Source: an uncultured delta proteobacterium (GTDB lineage Bacteria > Desulfobacterota > Binatia > UBA9968). From it: 64,000 nt of DNA. The stretch's first letter is position 1. Every line of letters starts with the position of its first letter. The notes under the pieces are model-generated. The model searched no databases and was not told the origin of the DNA. It was given only the letters and a program-made list of their open reading frames with translations. The translations under genes and the position numbers were made by a program. Below, piece after piece: positions 1 to 9,100 of the stretch. Location: positions 96,001-160,000 of the forward strand of contig CAVSLC010000005.1 in the NCBI GenBank assembly GCA_963728565.1, read 5' to 3'.

Positions 1-675
1 TGACTGTTGCTTCAAAGCGATGCGATCGCGTAGATAGTCGAAAACCAGTTCGTTGTTTGTGCAATAGGTCACGTCACAAGCATAAGCTTGTCGGCGCGCC
101 GCAGTGCTCATCCCGGAGGTGACGATGCCGACGCTGAGTCCGAGCGCGCGATACAGAGGGCGCATCAAGTTGGCATCGCGTCGCGCAAGATAATCGTTGA
201 CAGTGACCACGTGGACGGGTAACCCCGCTAGAGCCGCGGTTGCACTGGGCAATGTCGCCGTCAATGTCTTGCCTTCTCCGGTATCCATCTCCGCGATCAT
301 GCCGTTTAGCAGAATCCAGCCGCCCATGACCTGTACATCAAAGGGTCGCATGGCGAGCACGCGGGCAGCGGTTTCCCGGATGAGCGCGAATGCTTGCGTC
401 ACTATTTCAAACTTCCAGGTGTGACCCCGCAGGTGATGGCGCAATTGCTCGGCGCAGGAGCGCAGCTCGCTGCTGTCAAGTGTCTGGAGTCGAAGGCCCT
501 GAATCGACACGGCTTCAACAAAGCGTTGACAATGGAGTGCATGAATACGGAAATAGCGGACTGCCGGGCCAAGCAGGCGCGCGCAAGCCCGGTCGAGGCG
601 ATTCTCGAAAGTGTGCCGGCGCTCCGCATATGCGCCACGCGGAAGCCCCATCGCTGGAAAACGCACGTCAGACAT
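1..675 (-). CDS. SecA-like ATPase paralog, N-terminal part (runs off window edge)
   Basis: Not in the ORF track because it has no stop in the window. Manual translation from ATG 675 gives MSDVRFPAMGLPRGAYAER...AFALIRETAARVLAMRPFDVQVMGGWILLNGMIAEMDTGEGKTLTATL...VHVVTVNDYLARRDA...YACDVTYCTNNELVFDYLRD, which are SecA NBD1 motifs. The start overlaps the stop of the upstream M50-HlyD gene. Confidence 0.9.
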   Translation of the reverse strand, partial: MSDVRFPAMGLPRGAYAERRHTFENRLDRACARLLGPAVRYFRIHALHCQRFVEAVSIQGLRLQTLDSSELRSCAEQLRHHLRGHTWKFEIVTQAFALIRETAARVLAMRPFDVQVMGGWILLNGMIAEMDTGEGKTLTATLPSATAALAGLPVHVVTVNDYLARRDANLMRPLYRALGLSVGIVTSGMSTAARRQAYACDVTYCTNNELVFDYLRDRIALKQQS

Positions 676-2812
676 GGAACCTCGCAAGAAAAAGCTGACG
701 CAACTGGCGATGCCAGCGGCTCGCTATAGGCTCCCAGCCATGGTCGAAGCGCACATGTACTCGTCCGCCGAACGACTGAATGCTGGCGCTTGCTGGAAGC
801 GCCAGGTCGAACTGAAAAGTTTTTTCGACAGTCCTCAATCCATCCTTGTCGAGCGGATCGACCGCCATCCTGCCGCCGCCCTGATTGCCCAATGCGCTCG
901 TCGGCAATTTTTCGCTGGCGGCAGGAACCTCGCGTTGTACCGTGGTCGTAAAGATCTCGTGAGGACGACCGATCAATCGCAGCTCGATGCGCTTGGTTTG
1001 ATGGCGCACCAGCTCGACATCGGCTTCGGGAACCACCACACGAGCGGTAAGCGCAGAGGTATCGAGTACGTATCCAAGCGTCGCGCCCTGATTGATAAAA
1101 CGCCCGGGCAGCTTTGCGGCATCAGGAATTTCAAAAATGCCGTCAGTACGGCTCCGAATCAAAAGATCGTTTACTCGTTCAGTGGCACGAGCGAGTCGTT
1201 GCTCGACGTGGACGATCTCGTCTCGCACAATCTGCGCTTGGCGGATGTCAATCAGGAGGAGCGCGCGATAGCGGGTATCCAGTTCGTCGAGCCGGGCTTG
1301 AAGCACCCTGACTCGGGCGGTGAGCTGCGGGTCGTAACACTCAATAAGAATATCGCCGCTTCGAACTGGCGAACCGGCGCGTGCGACAATGCGCTTGACG
1401 AACCCGTCGGTTGCCGCGCGCAGACGCGCCTGTTCGGGGAGCCAGATCACGCCTTCGGCGCCGGTGCGGAGGGGTAGCGGCAGCCAAAGGATCGCGGTCG
1501 ACAGAGCAACCGTCGCCAGCAAGCTTGTAGCTAGAGCTCGGCGGCGAACGATGCGAATGCCCGGGTCGGTGCATAAGTAGACTAAAGCTTTGACCAGCGG
1601 TCCGAGTATCCAGAGGACGATACCCGCCAGTGCCAACAAAACACCCACGAAGAAAAACTTGCCGGCAATAAAGAGCGTAATCGCCGCGAGGGCGAAAAGC
1701 CGATACAGAAACGCGGCGATGGGATACACCGTCAGCCAGACTCGTTCGGCGAGCTCTGCGGTTTGCGCTTGTGCGTCCTGACGGCCGAACACATAGCGCT
1801 CGCAGAGATACACCAGATAACGATGCGAGCGGGCACGCAGGTTCGGTATTTCCAGGTAGTCGGAAAGCATGTAGTACCCGTCATAGCGCAGCAGAGGGTT
1901 GGCATTGAAGAGGATCGTGGATATACCGGCAAGGAATAGGACGTTATATGCTGCCGTTCGGATCGCACCCGCTTCGATGTTCAACCAAAGAAACAGCGCG
2001 CATGATGCGATAAACAGTTCCACCATCATCCCCGCGGCGCCAACTACAATACGCTGCCACTTGGACGGAAAGGCAGAGGCGGACGAAGCATCAACATAGG
2101 GTATGGGTTGGAAGGCGATCAGCAGCACTCCCATCTCATGGACTTCCCCCCCATAGGCTCTTGTCGCCAAGCCGTGGCCGAACTCATGGAGAATCTTGAT
2201 CAGCGGAAATAGCAGCCACAAAACTGCGATATTCTGAGGCGTGAGAATCCGATCGGCGACCGTCAGGGTCAACTCCGACCAGTGGATTGCCGCTTGGCTT
2301 GCCGCCGTTCCGACCACAGCAAGCCATAGGATCAGAGCGCCGCGACATAGCAGTGGCCGTACCAGCGGCAGCAATGGCGTCATGATCCGTTCTGGATCGA
2401 AGAGCGGAAATTTCGTCGAAAGTGGATTCAGGAACCGGCTCTGTCGCTCCGTGCGGCACTCCCGTTCCTGACGCAGGAGCAGTTCCGCAAGATCCGCAGG
2501 GACGTCGCACTGCATCAGCTCTCCAGTGTGCAGCTGAGCCAAAAGTTGCACAACATCATTCTGTGTCGGCGCCTGGTCGCCGAGGTTTGCTTCCGCGGCT
2601 TGATACATTTCCTGCACTGTCAGGCTGCCGTTCATCAGGCCTAGGAAAGCGTACGCAGCCGAGGAAACGCGGTGTTGGCGGTATCTCGTATGATCCTGGA
2701 GCACGTACCAGCGTTTTCCTCGATACTGATGGCGCCGCACTTCCACGTGGCTGCGCAGGCGCGGCCGGAGAGGAGCAATGCGGTACCAATACGGATGGGA
2801 TAACTGCGGCAT
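668..2812 (-). CDS. Site-2 protease (M50) / HlyD-type membrane-fusion adaptor fusion with N-terminal PqqD-like domain
   Basis: HEFGH zinc motif and NANPLLRYDG (NxxPxxxxDG) within multiple TM segments. C-terminal lipoyl-like/coiled-coil/beta-barrel adaptor region. The N-terminal ~100 aa (WYVLQD...AYAFLGLMNGSLTVQEMY...VVQLLAQL) resemble a PqqD/winged-helix domain. Confidence 0.85.
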   Translation of the reverse strand: MPQLSHPYWYRIAPLRPRLRSHVEVRRHQYRGKRWYVLQDHTRYRQHRVSSAAYAFLGLMNGSLTVQEMYQAAEANLGDQAPTQNDVVQLLAQLHTGELMQCDVPADLAELLLRQERECRTERQSRFLNPLSTKFPLFDPERIMTPLLPLVRPLLCRGALILWLAVVGTAASQAAIHWSELTLTVADRILTPQNIAVLWLLFPLIKILHEFGHGLATRAYGGEVHEMGVLLIAFQPIPYVDASSASAFPSKWQRIVVGAAGMMVELFIASCALFLWLNIEAGAIRTAAYNVLFLAGISTILFNANPLLRYDGYYMLSDYLEIPNLRARSHRYLVYLCERYVFGRQDAQAQTAELAERVWLTVYPIAAFLYRLFALAAITLFIAGKFFFVGVLLALAGIVLWILGPLVKALVYLCTDPGIRIVRRRALATSLLATVALSTAILWLPLPLRTGAEGVIWLPEQARLRAATDGFVKRIVARAGSPVRSGDILIECYDPQLTARVRVLQARLDELDTRYRALLLIDIRQAQIVRDEIVHVEQRLARATERVNDLLIRSRTDGIFEIPDAAKLPGRFINQGATLGYVLDTSALTARVVVPEADVELVRHQTKRIELRLIGRPHEIFTTTVQREVPAASEKLPTSALGNQGGGRMAVDPLDKDGLRTVEKTFQFDLALPASASIQSFGGRVHVRFDHGWEPIASRWHRQLRQLFLARFHV

Positions 2813-2824
2813 AGAAGAATCAGG

Positions 2825-4684
2825 CTACGGCGCCCAGGACCAAGCAAAGAGACGCAGCCAATCCAAAGCGCGATGGGTCCAGATCCAAATCAAACGACGA
2901 CGGCCGATCTCAATCTTAGCGACTCCTTCCATACCGGGCCGTAACTGTGGCAGAGCTTTTTCCAGTGCAGCCTCTACCCGGAAATAATTGCGTCCTTCGC
3001 TTGCCGCCGATACCGGTGTGATTTTCTGCACTCGGAAAGGCAAAGGCCTGGTTGGAAATGCAGCCAACGCGAGATCTCCGCGCTGTCCGACCACGACTTC
3101 CGCGGCGTCGCGTTCATCGACCTGCAGGACGACGCGGTAGGTGTTCAGCGGCGCGACTTCATACAAAATCTGGCCGCGCTCAGTCGGCGCGCCCATGGAT
3201 TGGCTCAGGTCGCCGCTGATCACGACGCCGTCGATTGGAGCGAGAAGGTGAGCGCGCGAGATTTGGTCTTCGATTAGGGCGAGCTCTGCCTCGGCTTGGG
3301 CGACCTGCGCCGCAGCGATCTTCACCTGGGACGCATTCTGCTGCGCCAGTGCGACGTTGTACTGCTTGCCGTACTGCTCTTTTTGGCTAAGCCATTTGAG
3401 CTGTTCGAGATTGAGATCGCGAGTATCCAGGGTCGCGAGAATTTCCCCGGCTTGCACCGTATCACCGGGGCGCGCTCTTGCGGTCGCAATGTAGCCATTG
3501 AAAGGCGCGACCGCGACCCGCTGGCTCTGTGCCTCGATCAGCATCTTGGTGGAAACGCGATATTGACCATTGGCGAAGATGAAAAACAGGATTACTGCGG
3601 CGGCCACCGCACTGCCGAACTTTGCTGCGGCATGGTCTGGTCCGACGACAGCGTTCCATCGCTCTCTTATTGCGTCCACGCCGCGGATTCTGAGCGGGCG
3701 TTCATCGCGCTTTTTCATTTCTAAAATCGGTCCGACGAGCGCTGCAATCGTTTCGCACATTTCGACGGTAGCGCCTTCCAAGGGACGATCGGCAAGCCGC
3801 TCCAAAGTAAGCACGCCGTAGATTTCGCCCTCGCGACCCAACGGCACAGAGCAGATTGCGCTGCTGCCGTGTCGTTGTGCGAGTTCCTGATGATGTTGAG
3901 CGATTGAACATAGTCTGTCTGAACTGGGCGGATACAGGATCGGTGTCTCCTGATCACAAGCTTCCTCCATAGCGGCTTCTATGGCGCGACTCAGGTTTGT
4001 GCGTTTGCCGAAGCGCGCATTGTGGGAAATCGCTTGCAGATTGATCCGGTCTTCGTCGCGAAAGCCCAGACTGACGCGCTCGCAAAACAGCCGTGTTGCC
4101 AGATCCGCTACCAACGCGGTGGCGGCCCGATGAAAGCTCTTCTCTTCGACGACAACCGCAAGTGCGTGGAGAACACCCTGTAAGCGCTCCTTCTGACGCT
4201 CGCTTTCGAGATATCTCTGGCGCTCCAGCATGACTTCCAGCCAGGCTGCGCCCCAGGAAAGCTGCTGGAGCGCGGTCTGGAGTGCGGCGGACGAACGCGG
4301 CGTGAGTCTAAGAACGACAACACCGAAGAGCTGCGGGCCGATCAAGATCGGATATGCGAGCTCATGGAATTCCTGAATGGCGCCGCCCGGACTACTGCGG
4401 ACTTTACGTTGAATGATCAGCGGCGACCGTTCTCGGATGGTCTGTTCGGCGGAAGCATTTAGTTCATCGGAGACTTTGTCGCCCGGCGGCCAACAGCCCT
4501 TGATCTTATAGGGGCCTTCATCGGGAGCGCCGATCAGCACAGATGCTGCGCTCACGCCGCCAATCAGCTGGCATTGATGCACAATCCAGGCTGCACAAAA
4601 ACCGTCCTCCGTGACCGCTCCGGGGACTCCCGTCCAGAGGGAATCTTGGCTGTTATTCGCTAACGCAGCATGGGCAGAACTCAT
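2825..4684 (-). CDS. GAF domain-containing HlyD-family periplasmic adaptor
   Basis: Two GAF-like regions (ELAYPILIGPQLFGVVVL; AICSVPLGREGEIYGVLTLER), one TM helix, then the adaptor signature VAPFNGYI...RPGDTVQAGEILATLD...LLAPIDGVV...LRPGMEG. ATG 4684 preferred over the 4864 start in the ORF track. Confidence 0.85.
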   Translation of the reverse strand: MSSAHAALANNSQDSLWTGVPGAVTEDGFCAAWIVHQCQLIGGVSAASVLIGAPDEGPYKIKGCWPPGDKVSDELNASAEQTIRERSPLIIQRKVRSSPGGAIQEFHELAYPILIGPQLFGVVVLRLTPRSSAALQTALQQLSWGAAWLEVMLERQRYLESERQKERLQGVLHALAVVVEEKSFHRAATALVADLATRLFCERVSLGFRDEDRINLQAISHNARFGKRTNLSRAIEAAMEEACDQETPILYPPSSDRLCSIAQHHQELAQRHGSSAICSVPLGREGEIYGVLTLERLADRPLEGATVEMCETIAALVGPILEMKKRDERPLRIRGVDAIRERWNAVVGPDHAAAKFGSAVAAAVILFFIFANGQYRVSTKMLIEAQSQRVAVAPFNGYIATARARPGDTVQAGEILATLDTRDLNLEQLKWLSQKEQYGKQYNVALAQQNASQVKIAAAQVAQAEAELALIEDQISRAHLLAPIDGVVISGDLSQSMGAPTERGQILYEVAPLNTYRVVLQVDERDAAEVVVGQRGDLALAAFPTRPLPFRVQKITPVSAASEGRNYFRVEAALEKALPQLRPGMEGVAKIEIGRRRLIWIWTHRALDWLRLFAWSWAP

Positions 4685-4702
4685 GATCGTCCGGCCACAG
4701 AC

Positions 4703-4718
4703 GGCAAGAACTATGCCG
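4703..4718 (-). promoter_or_regulatory. Putative sigma54 (-24/-12) promoter of the adaptor/M50/SecA operon
   Basis: Minus strand reads CGGCATAGTTCTTGCC: GG-N10-GC with TTGC, about 20 nt upstream of ATG 4684. Confidence 0.5.
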
Positions 4719-4903
4719 ACATTCCAGCAAGCGCGCTCTCTTGGTTGAGTCAGGGTTGTCGTCGCAGAGCGCGCCTCACAAGGAATCCAAGGGTGAAGAA
4801 ATCCCGAAAGACGAATCATGGAGCCCGGCAAGGTGAGTGAGTTTATGGCGAGACATGACCTCAAATCTGCCAGTTGCTGTGCGGAAACGTACGAAAAATG
4901 AGT

Positions 4904-5971
4904 TCAGGGAGACTCGGCGGCCGGTGCAAGACCAATCTCGATCAGAAAAACAGGACCATGATCGTGATTGCTCACCGTCACCGTGCCGTCGTGAGCCTCG
5001 ATGATCTGCCTGGAGATCGCCAGGCTCAAACCGGAGCCTTGATGGTGATGCGCGATATCCTGCACGGATAGCAGGTTGAAAATTTCTTCCTGCTGCTCCA
5101 TCGGAATCTTCTCTCCGTCGTTGGCAACTTCGATCCGCAGTCGGTCTCCAAGTCTATGAGCGCGTACCTCGACGGCACTGCCTTCGCGAGCGAATTTCAC
5201 GGCATTGTCCAACAGCGCGCTGATCGCAATCGTGAACAGCTTTAGATCTGCATCAATGCGCAAAGTTTCGTCGCCGGAAAACCGCAACGTGCAATGTTGT
5301 TCATTTTGCTGAAATGTTTGCCGATACTCTGAAAAGAATAAGCTGAGCGGGGCATTGGCCTTTTCGATCCGAACCTCTCCTAACTTTAGATCGCTTAACA
5401 AGAGTGTCTTTTCGCACGATTGCAAGAGTTTTTCGCCGCATCTCTGAATCTCATCGACAAATGTTTTTTCCTCGCCGACGAGGTGTTCGCTTTCACGCAG
5501 CAACCGAATGTAGCCAAAGATCGCGGTGAGCGGAGTGCGCGTTTCGTGACTGAGCAGATTGATGAGATTGGTCTTGATTTTGTTGATTTCCTCGGCATTT
5601 TTCAGCCGAAGAAAGACCTTTACCTTGGCGAGGAGTTCGCTCGCTTCGAACGGTTTCATGATGTAGTCATCCGCCCCAATTTCGTATCCGAAAAGTCTAT
5701 CTTCAAGCAACATTTTCGAGGACACGAGAATGATCTTCAGATTCGAAAACACGTTATTGCTCCGAATCCTGCGACACACTTCATATCCATCGATATCGGG
5801 CATCATGATATCCAGCAAGATTAGATCGACTTTCGGGCAAGTATTTAAATAAGCGAGCGCTTCTTCGCCCGAGGAGACGAGATGGATGGTATGTTCGTTC
5901 TCCAGGATCAGCCTGTAAATTTCCAAAATAATTGGGTCGTCGTCGACCGCCAGGATGGTTGCCGTCATCAT
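4904..5971 (-). CDS. Response-regulator/histidine kinase hybrid (REC-HisKA-HATPase)
   Basis: ILAVDDD...LILLDIMMP...DYIMKPF receiver; H-box SHETRTPL; N-box LLDNAVKF; GSGLSLAI. Confidence 0.9.
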   Translation of the reverse strand: MMTATILAVDDDPIILEIYRLILENEHTIHLVSSGEEALAYLNTCPKVDLILLDIMMPDIDGYEVCRRIRSNNVFSNLKIILVSSKMLLEDRLFGYEIGADDYIMKPFEASELLAKVKVFLRLKNAEEINKIKTNLINLLSHETRTPLTAIFGYIRLLRESEHLVGEEKTFVDEIQRCGEKLLQSCEKTLLLSDLKLGEVRIEKANAPLSLFFSEYRQTFQQNEQHCTLRFSGDETLRIDADLKLFTIAISALLDNAVKFAREGSAVEVRAHRLGDRLRIEVANDGEKIPMEQQEEIFNLLSVQDIAHHHQGSGLSLAISRQIIEAHDGTVTVSNHDHGPVFLIEIGLAPAAESP

Positions 5972-6057
5972 ATATTGCTCATGCGCATCCGCCGTATCTT
6001 AACACGAGATCAGAAGCAGGACTGGAAATTTCAATTTGCTGTCCCTCGCAATCCTGT

Positions 6058-6073
6058 TGGCTCCGGCATTGCG
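6058..6073 (+). promoter_or_regulatory. Putative sigma54 promoter of the adhesin operon
   Basis: TGGCTCCGGCATTGCG: GG-N10-GC with TTGC, about 40 nt upstream of ATG 6114. Confidence 0.6.
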
Positions 6074-6113
6074 TAAACCGCACTTCCTTTAGAAGAGGGA
6101 ACGACAAAACCGT

Positions 6114-9100
6114 ATGAAAGCGCCTTTAAGCGCCATCAGGCATCGTGATCTGGACGGCTGTTCAGTTAAACTACTCCAGAGAGCGGCCAAATTCGTCCAT
6201 CGGCTGGCTTTAAAACGGATCAGCAAGCACCGAGCAGCCGGTGCCATCCGCAGTCCAAGTGAGTTCATCATTGAACCTTTGGAAGAACGGCTGTTGATGT
6301 CGGCGGACCCCATTTCCGGCGGCATCGTGACTGTTGAGCCGGTTTCATTGCCAAGAAGCGATCCGGCGGCGATCAGCGCGCCGCTTTTGGACGAGTTGCA
6401 TACTACGATTTCGGTCAGCCAGGGAGAAGCGTCATCAATCGGCAGCGCATCACCGGCGAGGCAAGCGCGCAGCGAAGTCGTGTTCCTCGATTCGAGGATT
6501 GAATCTCGCGAGGATTTCGTTCGGGATCTCCTCGCCAACTCGAGTGCAATTCGTCAGATTGATGTTTTCGTGCTTGACGCGGAGCGCGACGGCATCGAGC
6601 AGGTAAGCGAAGCTCTGGCAGGTTACACGAACTTGGATGCTGTGCATTTTATTTCCCATGGCTCTGGTGGTGTGGTGCAATTGGGTGACACACGGCTCGA
6701 CCACGATTCGACACAGATTCGGGCGCAGGCCCTTGCTGCCTGGAGCGCGGCGTTGAGCATCGACGCTGACCTGCTCTTTTACGGCTGCGATGTAGCGAGC
6801 TCTCCATCAGGAATTGCGCTAGTTGAAAGATTGAGTCTCCTTACCGGTAGCGATATCGCCGCGAGCATTAATCGGACTGGTTTCGGCGAGTCCGGGGCCG
6901 ACTGGATACTTGAGCATCGGGTGGGGGAAATAGAAGCCGCAATCGCTGTGAGTCCATCGCTGCAAGCGGCTTGGGCAGGGATTCTGGCGACGCCGACCGC
7001 CTCCAACCTGAACACCGCGGAGAAGTACACCCTGAATACGCCGCTGAACCTCGCCGACATCGTGGTCAATGATGCGGATGGCGATGCCGTGACGGTGACC
7101 CTGACCGTGTCGAACACTGCGGCGGGGCGCCTCTCGACGGGCGCTTCGGGCGCCGTCACCTCCACCTACAATACGATCACCGGAGTCTGGTCGGCAAGCG
7201 GCGCGGTTGACGACGTCAATGTCCTGCTGGCCAATGTGAGGTATACCCCGAGCCTTCTTTTCCTCGGCAACTTTACGATCGCCACTCGTGTCGATGACGG
7301 GGGTTCTCCGCCGCTCAGCGGCGTTAAGAATATGTCCGCGGCACTTATCAACCTGCCGCCAACCGCAACCAATCTGAGCGCACCCGAAACGTTTACCGAG
7401 GATTCGGCGATCAATTTAACAAATATCGTCATCAGCGATCCTGACAGCCCCAATGTAACGGCGCGGTTGACCTTGTCGAATCCTGCGGCGGGAAGTCTCA
7501 ATACAGGCAGCTCGGGAGCGGTGACTTCAACTTTCAACCCGGTCACGGGCATGTGGTTGGCGAGTGGCGCGATCGCCGACGTCAACGCGCTGCTGGCGGG
7601 GCTCATCTTTACGCCGGCCGCCGATTACGATGATAACTTCACGATCAGTACCCGGGTGGACGACGGCGTCGCTGCCGCGATCACCGGAACAAAGAGTATG
7701 ACGGCAGTTCCCATCAACGACGCACCGACGGCCTCGAACCTGAATGCCGCGGAAACCTACACAGAAAATCAGTCGTTGAACCTGGCGGACATTGTGATCG
7801 TCGATGTGGATGGTCCGAGCGTCACTGCGATCCTGACTCTTTCCGATACCTCGGCCGGCAGTCTCAATACCGCAACTTCCGGCTCGGTGACCTCGACCTA
7901 TACTGCCGGAACCGGCGTGTGGTCGGCAAGCGGCGCTCTCAACGACGTCAATGCGCTTCTTGCGGGGCTGACCTTCACACCGACCGCTCTTTACAGCAGC
8001 AGTTTCACTATCGCCACAAGCGTCGATGATGGCGTGGCGCCGGCGATCACCGGCACGAAGAGCATAACGGCAAATATCATTAATGTGGGGCCGCTGGCGT
8101 CCAACTTGAGCGAGCCGGAAACGTACACAGAGGATATTGCACTCGACTTGATCGACATCGTCGCGAGCGATCTCGACAGTCCCAACGTGACCGTCACGCT
8201 TACCCTCTCCGACCCTGCGGCGGGCACCCTCGCTACAGCGACATCGGGACAAGTGACGTCGACATTCGAATCGCTGACCGGCACATGGTCGGCAAGCGGC
8301 GCGATTGCCGATGTGAACACGCTGCTGGCAGGCCTGACCTTTACTCCGGCAGCGGACTACAACAGCAACTTTACTATCGCCACCAGCGTCGATGACGGCG
8401 TGGCGCCGCCCGTCACTGGGCTTAAAATCCTGACCGCGGTCGCCGTCAACGATGCACCGGTGGCGAGCAATCTCAGTGAACCGCAGACTTACACGGAAGA
8501 TACGGCGCTCGACCTGACCGATATTGTGGTGAGCGACGTGGACAGCGCGAATGTGACGGTGACTTTGACGCTGTCGGATCCGGCCGCCGGCAGTCTCAAT
8601 ACCGCCACGGCGGGAGCCGTGACCTCGACCTACAACGCAGGGACGGGGGCGTGGAGCGCGAGTGGCGCGGTGGCGGATGTGAACACGCTGCTGGCAGGGC
8701 TGACGTTTAGTCCGGCGCTGAACTACAACAGCGACTTCACGATTGCCACCAGCGTCGATGACGGCGTGGCGCCGCCCGTCACTGGAGTCAAAACCATGAT
8801 CGCCGCGGCCGTCAACGATGCGCCTGTTAACAACCTACCACCGCCGCAAGCGACACCGCAGGATACTTCGTTGAGCTTCGGTGCGGGCGGCGGAAATGCC
8901 ATCTCCGTCACCGACGTCGATGCGGGAACGGATCAAATCGAGGTGACGCTGACGGCCGGCAACGGAACGCTTACGCTGCATTGGCCGTCCGGGACCGCCG
9001 CGCCCGCGGGTAGCGAATTCCGGATCAACACGATCACGACCGACCGTCAGGCAATGCTCAATGGCGAGTTCTATGGTGCCACCACCTCGAGTTCGGTGGG

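Noticed and set aside
611-1477. Long antisense ORFs (e.g. 611-1477, 15007-16071, 43941-44624, 46634-47275)
   Set aside because: They are shadows of well-supported genes on the opposite strand in GC-rich DNA and have no recognisable motifs.
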